A stretch of DNA of 64,000 bases from an uncultured Acidobacteriota bacterium (GTDB lineage Bacteria > Acidobacteriota > Vicinamibacteria > Fen-336), in contig OY970399.1 in the NCBI GenBank assembly GCA_963720545.1, forward strand, positions 2,816,001 to 2,880,000, written 5' to 3'. This document shows positions 34,719 to 45,961 of this stretch, in pieces. The position numbers and the translations under genes were made by a program. Below the pieces are notes generated by a model. That model was not told where the DNA came from. It saw only the letters and a program-made list of their open reading frames with translations, and did not search any database. The stretch's first letter is position 1. Each line of letters starts with the position of its first letter.

Positions 34719-35559
34719 TGACCATGCGCCGCCTGCTCGCCGTCATTCATCCTCGTCGCAGCCGCGCTGCCTGCGATGCGCACGCGCAGGTGCCGGCGCC
34801 GCCGCCGCCGCCGGTGGACCTGAAGCCACCGATCAGCGCGCAGATCGGCTGGGACCAGAAGCTCGGCACCACCCTACCGATGGACGTGGCTTTCCGCGAC
34901 GAATCGGGCGCCACGGTTGCGCTCGGCGATTACTTCAAGGGCAAGCCGGTGGTGCTCTCCTTCAACTATTACGAATGCCCGATGCTGTGCAAGGTGCAGC
35001 TGCAAGGCTTCCTCTCGGCGCTGGGCGTCCTCAGCTTCGACGCCGGGCGGGAGTTCGAGGTGCTGACCGTGAGCATCAACCCCGCCGACGGTCCGGGCGA
35101 GGCGGCGCGCTACAAGAAGGGCTACATGGACCGCTATAGGCGGCCCACCGCGAGCGCCGGCTGGCATTTCCTCACCGGCGACGAAGCCGCCATCAAGCAC
35201 CTCGCCGATGCCGCCGGCTTCCGCTACGCCTGGGACGAGGAGACCAAGCAGTACGCGCACCCGGCCGGGATCATGGTGCTGACGCCGGAAGGGCGCATCG
35301 CGCAGTACCTCTACGGCATCGAGTATGCGCCGCGCGACCTGCGCCTTGCGCTCGTCGAGGCTTCGAACGGCAAGATCGGCAACCGCATCGACCAGGCGGT
35401 GCTCTACTGCTACCGCTACGATCCCGCCACCGGCCGCTACGGCGCCGCCATCATGCGCATCCTGCGCACGCTCTCGGTGCTGACGCTCGCGGCGTTCGCC
35501 GCCTTCTTCCTGGCGATGCGCCGGCGCGAACAGCGCCTTGCCGCCGCGAGGGCAGCCTC

Positions 35560-35563
<4 letters not shown>
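34718..35563 (+). CDS. SCO family copper chaperone
   Basis: CPMLC (CxxxC), WHFLTG, YAHPAG and YLYGIEY motifs. Adjacent to coxB. Confidence 0.9.
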
Positions 35564-36515
<952 letters not shown>

Positions 36516-36519
<4 letters not shown>

Positions 36520-38141
36520 CGAGCGAAGTGCGCGAAGCGCCCCGGCGGAACTACCTCAACACCGAATACGGTGTGTGGTCGTGGCTCCTCACCAAGGATC
36601 ACAAGCGGATCGCCATCCTCTATCTCGCGGTGATCACGCTGATGTTCGCGATCGGGGGCTTCTACGCGATGCTGATCCGCGTCGAGCTGCTGACGCCGCA
36701 GGGCGACCTGATGAGCTCCGAGACCTACAACCGTGCGTTCACCGCGCACGGCATCATCATGGTGTTCTTCTTCCTGATCCCGTCGATCCCCGCGGTGCTC
36801 GGCAACTTTCTCATCCCCCTGATGATCGGCGCCAAGGACCTGGCGTTCCCGAAGATCAACCTGCTGAGCTGGTACCTGTACGTGATCGGCTCGGGCTTCG
36901 CGCTCGCCGCCATCCTGAGCGGCGGCCTCGACACCGGCTGGACCTTCTACACCCCCTACAGCACCTCGTTCGCGAACGGGGCCGTGACCACTGCCGCGCT
37001 CGGCGTGTTCATCGCCGGCTTCTCCTCGATCCTCACCGGCTTCAACTTCATCGTCACCATCCACAAGATGCGCGCCCCGGGCCAGACGTGGTTCCGGCTG
37101 CCCCTCTTCGTCTGGGCGCACTACGCCACTTCGATCATCCAGGTTCTCGGCACGCCGGTGATCGCGGTGACCATCCTGATGGTCGCGCTCGAGCGCGTCT
37201 TCCACTTCGGCTTCTTCGACCCGGCACGCGGCGGCGACCCGGTGCTGTTCCAGCACCTCTTCTGGTTCTACTCGCACCCGGCGGTCTACATCATGATCCT
37301 GCCGGCGATGGGTGTGGTCAGCGAGCTGGTCACGTGCTTCTCGCGCAAGCGCATCTTCGGCTACGGCCTGATCGCCGCCTCGAGCTTCGGCATCGCCATC
37401 ATCGGCTTCTTCGTCTGGGCGCACCACATGTTCGTCGCCGGCATCTCGGTGTACTCGGCGATGGTGTTCTCGGCGCTCAGCTTCCTGGTCGCGATCCCGT
37501 CGGCGATCAAGGTGTTCAACTGGACCGCCACCCTCTACAAGGGCTCGATCTCGTACCAGACGCCGATGCTGTACGCGCTCGGCTTCATCGGCCTGTTCAC
37601 GATCGGCGGCCTCACCGGCCTGTTCCTCGCCACCCTCGGCGTCGACGTGCACGTCACCGACACCTACTTCATCATTGCCCACTTCCACTACATCATGGTG
37701 GGCGGCGCCATCATGGGCTACCTCGGCGGGCTGCACTTCTGGTGGCCGAAGATCACCGGCCGCATGTATCCCGAGTGGTGGTCGCGGGTCTCCGCGTTCC
37801 TGGTGTTCTTCGGCTTCAACCTCACGTTCTTCCCGCAGTTCATCCTCGGCTACCTCGGCATGCCGCGCCGCTACCATGCCTACCCCGACGAGTTCCAGGT
37901 GCTGAACGTGATGTCGACCGCGGGCGCCTCGATCCTCGCGGTCGGCTACCTGCTGCCGATGTTCTACTTCGCCTGGTCGATGCGCTACGGCAAGCTGGCG
38001 CCCGCCAACCCGTGGCCCGCCACCGGCCTCGAGTGGACGACGCCGTCGCCGCCGCCGCCCGACAATTTCGAGGAGACCCCGACCGTCACCGGCGAGGTCT
38101 ACGACTACAGGCACCTGCCGAAGGAGCTGTACCTTGGCTGA
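36516..38141 (+). CDS. coxA: Cytochrome c oxidase subunit I, type A2
   Basis: [21 protein letters not shown] (A2 YS signature), WAHHMF, AHFHY and GMPRRY. Confidence 0.97.
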
Positions 38142-38796
38142 CGACCTCGCGCTGCGGCATCACTTCGCCACCGTCGAGCAGCAGAAGGCCGCGTCGACGC
38201 TCGGCATGTGGGTGTTCATCGCCCAGGAAGTGCTGTTCTTCGGCGGCCTGTTCGGCGCGTACGCCGTCTACCGCAACCTCTACTTCGATGCGTTCGCGGC
38301 CAGCAGCCACCACCTCGACCTGAAGCTCGGCTTCATCAACACGCTGGTGCTCATCGGCAGCAGCCTGACGATGGCGATGGGCGTGCATGCCGCGGCGCTC
38401 GGCAAGCCGAAGCAGATCGTCGCCTGGATCCTCGCCACGGTCGGGCTCGGCGGCGTGTTCCTCAGCATCAAGGTGGTGGAGTACGCCGACAAGTTCCATC
38501 ACCACCTGGTGCCCGGCCCGCACTTCAGCGCCGAGTCGCTCGGCCTCACCGGCGTGGCCGCGCAGCACGCGCAGATCTTCTACTCGCTGTACTTCGCGAT
38601 GACCGGGCTGCATGCGGCGCACATGATCATCGGCATCCCGATCCTGCTGCTGACCGCGTTCTTCGCCTGGCGCGGGCGCTACTCGGTTGAGTACCACACC
38701 CCGGTCGAGCTCGTCGGCCTGTACTGGCACTTCGTCGACATCATCTGGATCTTCCTCTTCCCGCTCCTCTACCTCATCGGCCACAGGACCTTCTGA
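38134..38796 (+). CDS. coxC: Cytochrome c oxidase subunit III
   Basis: [28 protein letters not shown] and GLYWHFVD motifs. Confidence 0.94.
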   Translation: MADDLALRHHFATVEQQKAASTLGMWVFIAQEVLFFGGLFGAYAVYRNLYFDAFAASSHHLDLKLGFINTLVLIGSSLTMAMGVHAAALGKPKQIVAWILATVGLGGVFLSIKVVEYADKFHHHLVPGPHFSAESLGLTGVAAQHAQIFYSLYFAMTGLHAAHMIIGIPILLLTAFFAWRGRYSVEYHTPVELVGLYWHFVDIIWIFLFPLLYLIGHRTF

Positions 38797-38798
38797 AC

Positions 38799-39077
38799 AT
38801 GTCGAGCCACATCGTCCCGGTCAGGATCTACATCACGGTGTTCCTCGCCCTGGTCGTCGGTACCATGCTCACGGTGTATGCCGCCACCCACGACTTTGGC
38901 ATGTTCAATACACCCGTCGCGCTGCTGATCGCGTTCTCGAAAGCGACCCTGGTGGTGCTGTTCTTCATGCACGTGAAGTACAGCGACAGCCTGACGCGGC
39001 TCTGGGTGGTCGCCGGCATCGCGTTCCTGCTGATCCTCTTCCTGCTCACCGGCTCGGACTACATCACCCGCCACTGA
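38799..39077 (+). CDS. coxD: Cytochrome c oxidase subunit IV family protein
   Basis: Three TM helices with KATLVVLFFMHVKY. Confidence 0.88.
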   Translation: MSSHIVPVRIYITVFLALVVGTMLTVYAATHDFGMFNTPVALLIAFSKATLVVLFFMHVKYSDSLTRLWVVAGIAFLLILFLLTGSDYITRH

Positions 39078-39078
39078 T

Positions 39079-39516
39079 TTGGAACGCAAAAAGGCCCGCT
39101 GGCGGCGTGAGTTCGCGGCGAGCGCCGAGACCGGCAGCATCTCGCCGGTGGTCCGCTCGGTGATGAAGCTGATCGCCGAGCACCGCGCGCTGCCGCGCCG
39201 CCGCCACGACGTGGAGCTGGCGCTGCGCGAAGCGCTCGCGAACGCCATCGTCCACGGCAGCCACAAGGACCCAGGCAAGCAGGTCCACGTCGCGGTCAGC
39301 GGGGATCGCGAACGCATCCGGATCATGGTGCGCGACGAAGGCCCCGGCTTCGACTACCGCCGCCCACCCGACCCGCTCGAAGCCGAGCGCATCCACGCCC
39401 ATCACGGCCGCGGCATCTTCCTCATCCGCCGCCTCATGGACCAGGTCCGCTTCGCCCAGGGCGGCCGCGAAATCCGCATGTGGAAGGAAGAGAAGCGCCG
39501 CAGCCGGAAGCGCTGA
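39079..39516 (+). CDS. RsbW-like anti-sigma factor / HATPase_c domain protein
   Basis: ELALREALANAIVHG (N box), VRDEGPGFD (G1) and HGRGIFLIRRLMD (G2). Confidence 0.85.
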   Translation: MERKKARWRREFAASAETGSISPVVRSVMKLIAEHRALPRRRHDVELALREALANAIVHGSHKDPGKQVHVAVSGDRERIRIMVRDEGPGFDYRRPPDPLEAERIHAHHGRGIFLIRRLMDQVRFAQGGREIRMWKEEKRRSRKR

Positions 39517-39526
39517 GCGGCGCCTA

Positions 39527-40951
39527 CTACTGCTGCGGCTGTTGTTGTTGGGCTGCCGCGGCCTCCGCGCCAGACTCGGACTGCCAGCCGCCGCCTAGCG
39601 CGCGGTAGAGGTTCACCACCGCGAGGAGCTGGTCGCGGCGGGTGCGGGCGAGGTTGATTTCGGCGGGGAACAGCTGCTGCTGGGCGTCGAGGACCTCGAA
39701 GTAGGCCGAGAGGCCCGAGGTGTAGCGCAGGTTGGCGAGGCGTACCGCCTCAGTGAACGCTCGGACCGTGCGGGTGCGCTGCTCTTCGGTTTCGACCAGG
39801 CGGGTACGGTCGACGAGTGCCGTCGAGACCTCGACGAGGGCGTTCGTCACCGCCCGCTCATAAAGGACGCGGCTCTGTTCGTAGCGGGCCACCGCGGCAG
39901 CGTGGTTACGGCGCAGGGCGCCGCCGGTGAAGATCGGGCCGGTGAGGGACGGCTCGAGGTTCCAGGCCTTGCCCGAGGAGAACAGGTCGCCCAGTTCCTT
40001 GCTGACGTTGCCGAAGAAGCCGGTGAGGCTGAGGGTGGGGAAGTAGCGCGCCTTCGCTTCGCCAACCAGGGCGTTGGCCGAGCGCAGCGCCTGCTCGCTT
40101 TCGCGAATGTCGGGGCGGCGCTCGAGGAGCTCCGCAGGCAGTCCCGGCGGGATATCTGGTGGCCGCTCCGTCGCGGCCGTATCCCGCTCGATCGGGTGCG
40201 GCGGCTGGCCGAGGAGGAACGAGATCTGGTTCTCGCGCGCCGCGATCGCGCGCTCGATCTCGGGGATCTGAGCCGCCACCTCGCCAAGCGCCGCTTCGGC
40301 GCGGGCGGTCTCGAGCGCGGAGGCGGCGCCGCCGGTGAGCCGCCGGTCGAAGAGGCGATAGGTGTCCTCGAACGCGACGGTGGTGCGCCGCGCGATCGCA
40401 AGCTCGGCGTCCAGCTCGCGCAGATCGAAATAGGCAGTGGCGACGTCGGCGATCAACGACACCGCCACACCGCGGCGCGCGTCTTCGCTCGCAAAATAGT
40501 TTGCGAGCGCCGCCTCGTTCTGCCTGCGGATCCGGCCCCACAAGTCGAGCTCCCAGCTGAAGCCGACGTTCGCGGTGTACACGGTGCGCACCGGCTGCGC
40601 CGCGTTCGCCACCTGGTCCACGTGTTCGCGCCTCACGGAGCCGGAGTAGCCGACGCTCGGGAACAGGTCGGCGCGCGAGACTCCGTAGAGAGCGCGCGCT
40701 TCGGCCACGCGCGCCGCGGCGAGGCGTGCGTCGAAGCCTTGCGCGAGCGCCTGTTCGATGAGCTGCTTCAGCACGGGGTCGTTGAACACGTCCCACCACG
40801 GCACGCTCGCGAGCGTGCGTGCTTCAGCGGCGCTTTCTTCTGCGCCGGCATACTTTGGCGGCAGGTTCAGCGGCGGGCGCTCGTACTTTGGCCCTACGGC
40901 GCAGGCGCTGCTTGCGGCCGCCAGCGCCAGGACCAGGGCCGTGCGCTTCAC
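39527..40951 (-). CDS. RND efflux outer-membrane factor lipoprotein (NodT/OprM-like)
   Basis: Lipobox SAC-AVGP.Y.RP, WWDVFNDP.L, WELDLWGR, LLERRPDI and LYRALGGGW. Confidence 0.94.
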   Translation of the reverse strand: MKRTALVLALAAASSACAVGPKYERPPLNLPPKYAGAEESAAEARTLASVPWWDVFNDPVLKQLIEQALAQGFDARLAAARVAEARALYGVSRADLFPSVGYSGSVRREHVDQVANAAQPVRTVYTANVGFSWELDLWGRIRRQNEAALANYFASEDARRGVAVSLIADVATAYFDLRELDAELAIARRTTVAFEDTYRLFDRRLTGGAASALETARAEAALGEVAAQIPEIERAIAARENQISFLLGQPPHPIERDTAATERPPDIPPGLPAELLERRPDIRESEQALRSANALVGEAKARYFPTLSLTGFFGNVSKELGDLFSSGKAWNLEPSLTGPIFTGGALRRNHAAAVARYEQSRVLYERAVTNALVEVSTALVDRTRLVETEEQRTRTVRAFTEAVRLANLRYTSGLSAYFEVLDAQQQLFPAEINLARTRRDQLLAVVNLYRALGGGWQSESGAEAAAAQQQQPQQ

Positions 40952-43900
40952 TTCTGTTCCGCCTCGCGGTGCTTGCCGGAGCGCTTCTCGATCCATACGA
41001 ACAGCAGCGGGATGAGGAAGATCGCGATGCCGGTGGCCGCCAGCATTCCGGTAATCACCGCGGTGCCCATGACCTGGCGGCCGTTGGCGCCGGCGCCGCT
41101 GGCGAGCCACAACGGCACGCAGCCGAGCACGAAGGCGAAGGAGGTCATGAGGATGGGCCGCAGCCGCAGGCGCGCGCCTTCGAGCGCCGCGTCGGTGAGG
41201 CTCTTGCCCTGCTCGTAGCCGTCCTTGGCGAACTCCACGATCAGGATCGCGTTCTTGGCGGCGAGGCCGATGAGCATGACGAGGCCGATCTGGCCGAAGA
41301 CGTCGAGCGACATGCCGCGCGCCAACAGGCCGAGGAAGGCGCCGACCACCGCGATCGGCACCGACAGCAGCACGCTGAAGGGCAGGGACCAGCTCTCGTA
41401 GAGGGCCGCGAGGATCAGGAACACGAAGCCGATCGAGAGCCCGAACACGATGCCGCTGCGGCCGGCGGCCTTCTTCTCCTGGTAGGAGAGGTCGCTCCAG
41501 TCGTAGCTCATCTCGAGCGGCAGCACCTGCGCCGCCACTTCCTCCATGGCGGCCATCGCCTGCCCGGAGCTGTATCCCGGCGCCGGCTGCCCGGTGATCT
41601 GCGCGGCGCGGAACAGGTTGAAGCGCTGCGTGTACTCGGGGCCAAACAGGCGCCTGGTGCTCACCACTGTCGAGAGGGGCACCATGGTGCCGTCGCCGTT
41701 GCGCACGTGGAACAGGCCGATGTCCTCGGGGGTGAGGCGGTCCTCGGCCTCGGCCTGCAGGAACACCCGCCACTGCCGGCCGAAGCGGTTGAACTGGTTG
41801 ATGTAGAGGCCGCCGAGGAATGCCTGCAGCGTCTGGTAGACGTCGCCGACGGCGACGCCCTGCTTCAGCACCTTTTCCTTGTTGACCTCGGCGTACACCT
41901 GCGGCACCGCGGCGCGGAACGGCGCGTTGACGTTGGCAAGCTCGGGGCGCGCACGCGCCGCCTCCAGCATCTTCTGCAGGTTCTGGTAAAGGAAATCGAC
42001 GGTGCCGCCGCTGCGGTCCTCGAGCCAGAACGAGAAGCCGCCGGTGGAGCCGATGCCGGGAATGGCCGGCGGCGCGAACGCGAACGCGACCGCCTCGTTC
42101 ACCTGCGCGCGCAGCGCCTTGTTGAGACGCGCCATGATCGCAACCGAGGTGGCGCGGCGCTCGTCCCAGGGCGCCAACGAGACGAAGAAGAACGCCTGGT
42201 ATGACGACGAGGTGCGGGTGAGAAGGCTGAAGCCGTTGATGGTCGCATAGCCCGCGACGCCTTCGGTGTCTTTCAGCATGCCTTCGATCTTGCGCGTCAC
42301 CTGGAGGGTGCGCTGGAACGATGCGGCGTCGGGCAGTTGCACGTTCATCAGGAAGAACGCCTGGTCTTCATCCGGTATGAAGCCCGTCGGCAGCTTGCGA
42401 CCGAGCCCCGCGGCGAGCAGCGCGAATGCCGCGAGGATGGCGAAGCCGATGCCGGCCTTGCGGATGAGGCGCCCCGAGAGCGACACGTAGCCGTCGGTCG
42501 CGCGCGCGAACCAGCGGTTGAAGGCGGCGAAGAAGCGGCCGAGGGGGCCGCGCGACTCGGTGCGCGGCCGCAGCAGCATGGCCGAGAGCGCCGGCGACAG
42601 CGTCAGCGCGTTGAACGCGGAGATCAGCACCGAGATCGCGATGGTGCCGGCGAACTGCTTGTTGAGCTGTCCCTGGATGCCGCCCATCAGGCCGATGGGT
42701 ATGAAGACGGACGACAGCACCAGTGCGATGCCGACCACGGGGCCCGAGACCTCGGACATCGCCTTCAACGTGGCGTCGCGGGCGCTCATGCCCTCCTCGA
42801 TGTGGTGCTCCACCGCTTCCACCACCACGATCGCGTCGTCGACCACCAGGCCGATCGCGAGCACCAGGCCGAAGAGCGACAACGTGTTGATCGAAAAGCC
42901 GAGCAGCGGGAAGAACGCGAACGTGCCGATGAGCGACACCGGCACCGCGATGAGGGGGATGAGGGTGGCGCGCCAGTTCTGCAGGAACAGGAACACCACC
43001 ATGATGACGAGTACCATCGCGATCACCAGCGTCACGGCGATCTCGTGTATGCCCGCGGTCACCGGCCGGCTGGTGTCCACAGAGACCGCGTATTCCATGT
43101 CGCTGGGGAATCGCGTCTTCAAGCCGTCCATCGCCGCCTTCAGGCCGTTAGCCACCTGCAGCGCGTTGGCGCCCGGCGCCAGGTACGCGGCGACCAGCGC
43201 GGCGGGGCGGCCGTTGAAGCGCGACGACTGGTTGTAGTTGAGGGCGCCCAGCTCGATGCGGGCGACGTCCTTGAGGCGCACCACCGAGCCCTGCGGGTCG
43301 ATGCGCACCACCACGTCCCCGAACTGTTCAGCGGTCACCAGGCGACCCTGCACGCGCACGGTGTAGGTGAGCTGCTGCCCGGGCGGCGCCGGCTCGCCGC
43401 CGACCTTGCCGGCGGGGTTGACGTTGCTCTGCTGCTGCACCGCGCGCACCAGGTCAGGCACGGTCAGGCCCAGCCGTGCCAGCTTGTCCGGCTTCACCCA
43501 GATGCGCATCGAGTATTCGGACAGACCGAAGTTCGTCACCTGGCCGACGCCCGGCACGCGGTAGAGCGCATCGTTGATGTTGATGAGCGCGTAGTTGCCG
43601 AGGAACAGGGCGTCGTAGGTCTGGTTCGGCGAGTAGACGGCGAAGATCAGGAGCGGCAGGCCGACGGTGCTGCGATAGGTGAGGCCGAACTGGCTGACGT
43701 CGGGCGGCAGGTTGGGCTGCGCCTGCGAGACCCGGTTCTGCGCGTTCACCTGGTTGATGTTGGGCTGGGTGCCGAGGTCGAAGGTGACGATCAGCGTCAT
43801 CGAGCCGTCGTTGGCGTTCGTCGACTGCATGTAGAGCGCGCGGTCGACGCCGTTCATCTGCTGCTCGAGCGGCGTCGCCACCGACTGCTCGATGGTGGTG

Positions 43901-44061
43901 GCATCGGCGCCCGTGTAGGTCGTCTGGATCTGGATCTGCGGCGGGATGATGTCGGGGAACTGCGCCACCGGCAACCCGCTGGCGCTCACCAGGCCGAGGA
44001 TCACCGTGATGATGGCAATGACCATGGCGACGATCGGCCGGTCGACGAAGAACCGTGACAT
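40948..44061 (-). CDS. HAE1-family RND efflux permease (AcrB/BepE-like)
   Basis: 1037 aa. FFVDRPI, AIGLVVDDAIVVVE, GLAAKNAILIVEFA and RLRPILMTS motifs. Confidence 0.96.
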   Translation of the reverse strand: MSRFFVDRPIVAMVIAIITVILGLVSASGLPVAQFPDIIPPQIQIQTTYTGADATTIEQSVATPLEQQMNGVDRALYMQSTNANDGSMTLIVTFDLGTQPNINQVNAQNRVSQAQPNLPPDVSQFGLTYRSTVGLPLLIFAVYSPNQTYDALFLGNYALININDALYRVPGVGQVTNFGLSEYSMRIWVKPDKLARLGLTVPDLVRAVQQQSNVNPAGKVGGEPAPPGQQLTYTVRVQGRLVTAEQFGDVVVRIDPQGSVVRLKDVARIELGALNYNQSSRFNGRPAALVAAYLAPGANALQVANGLKAAMDGLKTRFPSDMEYAVSVDTSRPVTAGIHEIAVTLVIAMVLVIMVVFLFLQNWRATLIPLIAVPVSLIGTFAFFPLLGFSINTLSLFGLVLAIGLVVDDAIVVVEAVEHHIEEGMSARDATLKAMSEVSGPVVGIALVLSSVFIPIGLMGGIQGQLNKQFAGTIAISVLISAFNALTLSPALSAMLLRPRTESRGPLGRFFAAFNRWFARATDGYVSLSGRLIRKAGIGFAILAAFALLAAGLGRKLPTGFIPDEDQAFFLMNVQLPDAASFQRTLQVTRKIEGMLKDTEGVAGYATINGFSLLTRTSSSYQAFFFVSLAPWDERRATSVAIMARLNKALRAQVNEAVAFAFAPPAIPGIGSTGGFSFWLEDRSGGTVDFLYQNLQKMLEAARARPELANVNAPFRAAVPQVYAEVNKEKVLKQGVAVGDVYQTLQAFLGGLYINQFNRFGRQWRVFLQAEAEDRLTPEDIGLFHVRNGDGTMVPLSTVVSTRRLFGPEYTQRFNLFRAAQITGQPAPGYSSGQAMAAMEEVAAQVLPLEMSYDWSDLSYQEKKAAGRSGIVFGLSIGFVFLILAALYESWSLPFSVLLSVPIAVVGAFLGLLARGMSLDVFGQIGLVMLIGLAAKNAILIVEFAKDGYEQGKSLTDAALEGARLRLRPILMTSFAFVLGCVPLWLASGAGANGRQVMGTAVITGMLAATGIAIFLIPLLFVWIEKRSGKHREAEQK

Positions 44062-44070
44062 CGCGAGCCG

Positions 44071-45168
44071 CTACTGCTTGACCTTGACCGTGACCCCGGG
44101 CTTCACGAACTGCAGCCCGGTGACGATCACTTTCTCGCCTTCCTTCACGCCTTTCAGGACCACCCACTCCTCGTCGATGCGCGGGCCGAGCTCGACGTTG
44201 CGCATGTCCACCTTGCTGTCGCCGCCCACCACCGCAACGCGCTGCCCGCCCTGCAGCTCGATCACCGCCTTCTGCGGCACCAGCAGCGCGCCCGGCACCA
44301 CCTCCATGTCGGCGCGCACCCGCGCGTATTGGCCGGGGCGCAGGACGTGCTGCGGATTGGGGAAGAGCCCCTTGATCGTCATGGTGCCGGTGCGCGGGTC
44401 CACCTCACGGTCGGCATTGATACCGCGGCCGGGCAGCGAATAGGTGGTGCCGTCGTCGAGGATCAGGTGCAGGACCGGGCCTTCCATGGTGGTCGCGTAG
44501 GTGGCGCGGTTGATGCGCAGCGCGCGCCGCATGTATTCCTGCTCGCTGATGCCGAAAGTCACCCGGATCGGGTCCACGGTTGAGACCGTCGTCATGACGG
44601 TCGTCGGCCCGACGAGCGCGCCCACCTGGGTGTTGGCGATGCCGACGATGCCGTCGATCGGCGAGGTGACAGTGGTCCAGTTGAGGTTCAGGGACGCCTG
44701 GTCACGCGCCGCGCGCGCCGACGACAGCGCCGCTGTGGCATTGCGCTGCGCCGAGACCGCATCGTCCACTTCCTGCTGGCTGACGGCGTGCTCGGCCGCG
44801 AGCGGCGTGAAGCGCTCGACGTCCTTGTCGGTCTTGGCCAGCACCGCCTCGGCCTGGCCCACGGCGCCCTGCGCCTGCTCCAGCGAGGCGCGGAAAGCGC
44901 GCGTATCGATCTGGAAGAGCGGCGCGCCGGCCTTGACGAACTGCCCTTCCTTGTAAAGAAGGCGCAGCAGGTAGCCCTCGACGCGCGGCCGGATGTCGGC
45001 GTTGACCGAGCCGTCGAGCGTCCCGATCCACTCGTTCTGGTTGGGGACGTCGCGCTTCACGACCGGTGCGACTTCGACCTCGGGCGGCGCCGCCGCGGGC
45101 GCGGGGGTCTTGCGGCACGCGGGGAAAAACACGACGAGCACGGCTATCGACCACGCCGATTTTTTCAT
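44071..45168 (-). CDS. RND efflux periplasmic adaptor (MFP)
   Basis: Lipoprotein signal, IRPRVEG, SPIDG and LRPGQYARV. Upstream of the RND permease. Confidence 0.94.
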   Translation of the reverse strand: MKKSAWSIAVLVVFFPACRKTPAPAAAPPEVEVAPVVKRDVPNQNEWIGTLDGSVNADIRPRVEGYLLRLLYKEGQFVKAGAPLFQIDTRAFRASLEQAQGAVGQAEAVLAKTDKDVERFTPLAAEHAVSQQEVDDAVSAQRNATAALSSARAARDQASLNLNWTTVTSPIDGIVGIANTQVGALVGPTTVMTTVSTVDPIRVTFGISEQEYMRRALRINRATYATTMEGPVLHLILDDGTTYSLPGRGINADREVDPRTGTMTIKGLFPNPQHVLRPGQYARVRADMEVVPGALLVPQKAVIELQGGQRVAVVGGDSKVDMRNVELGPRIDEEWVVLKGVKEGEKVIVTGLQFVKPGVTVKVKQ

Positions 45169-45225
45169 TGCATCCCTGGAGAGCAGTCTTCGATTGTAGC
45201 TCCCGTTTTCCCGACGCGCGGCGGC

Positions 45226-45255
45226 TTGACCATACATTCACGTGAAAGGTAACCT
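45226..45255 (+). promoter_or_regulatory. Candidate sigma70-type promoter for the second act module with an embedded palindrome
   Basis: TTGACC (45226-45231)-N18-TAACCT (45250-45255), with perfect palindrome TTCACGTGAA at 45237-45246. Confidence 0.4.
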
Positions 45256-45313
45256 CGCGCGACGTCATAGAAATGTCGGAGTCGGCGGCACACGGATCGC
45301 AATATGAGGTTCC

Positions 45314-45961
45314 TTGGCCCAGATTTTCCCCCGCTCACTGAACCGGCTCCCCTTGTACCTGGCCCTCGCGGGTGTGCTGGTGCCGAGCACCGCCGTCGCC
45401 TTCGTCTGGTACTACTTTTCGCCGCGATTCACCGACGTCGGCTACCAGCCTGAACAGCCGGTTCCCTACAGCCACAAGCTGCATGTCGGCGAGCTGCGCC
45501 TCGACTGCCGCTATTGCCACGCCTCGGTCGAGAAATCGTCGGTTGCGAACGTGCCGCCCACCCAGGCCTGCATGAACTGCCACCAGCTGGTGATGCGCGA
45601 CAGCGAGAAGCTGAAGCCGATCCGCGACAGCGCCGCCTCCGGCCAGCCGATGCGCTGGGTGCGCGTCCACAAGCTGCCCGAATACGCGTACTTCAACCAC
45701 CGCGCGCACATCAGCGCCGGGGTGGGGTGCGTCAGCTGCCACGGGCGCATCGACGAGATGGAAGTGGTGCACCAGGAGCAGCCGCTGTCGATGGGCTGGT
45801 GCCTCGACTGCCACCGCAACCCCGCACCCAACCTGCGGCCCCTGTCCGAGATCACCAACATGACGTGGCGGCCGGCGCGCGACGCCAAGGCCCGCGAACA
45901 GCAGATCGCGGCATTGCGACCTGTCCATCCGCCGCAAGACTGCACGGGGTGCCATCGATGA
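45314..45961 (+). CDS. actA: ActA-like pentaheme cytochrome c (second copy)
   Basis: QPVPYSH, five CxxCH motifs (CRYCH, CMNCH, CVSCH, CLDCH, CTGCH) and LPEYAYFNH. Confidence 0.92.
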   Translation: MAQIFPRSLNRLPLYLALAGVLVPSTAVAFVWYYFSPRFTDVGYQPEQPVPYSHKLHVGELRLDCRYCHASVEKSSVANVPPTQACMNCHQLVMRDSEKLKPIRDSAASGQPMRWVRVHKLPEYAYFNHRAHISAGVGCVSCHGRIDEMEVVHQEQPLSMGWCLDCHRNPAPNLRPLSEITNMTWRPARDAKAREQQIAALRPVHPPQDCTGCHR

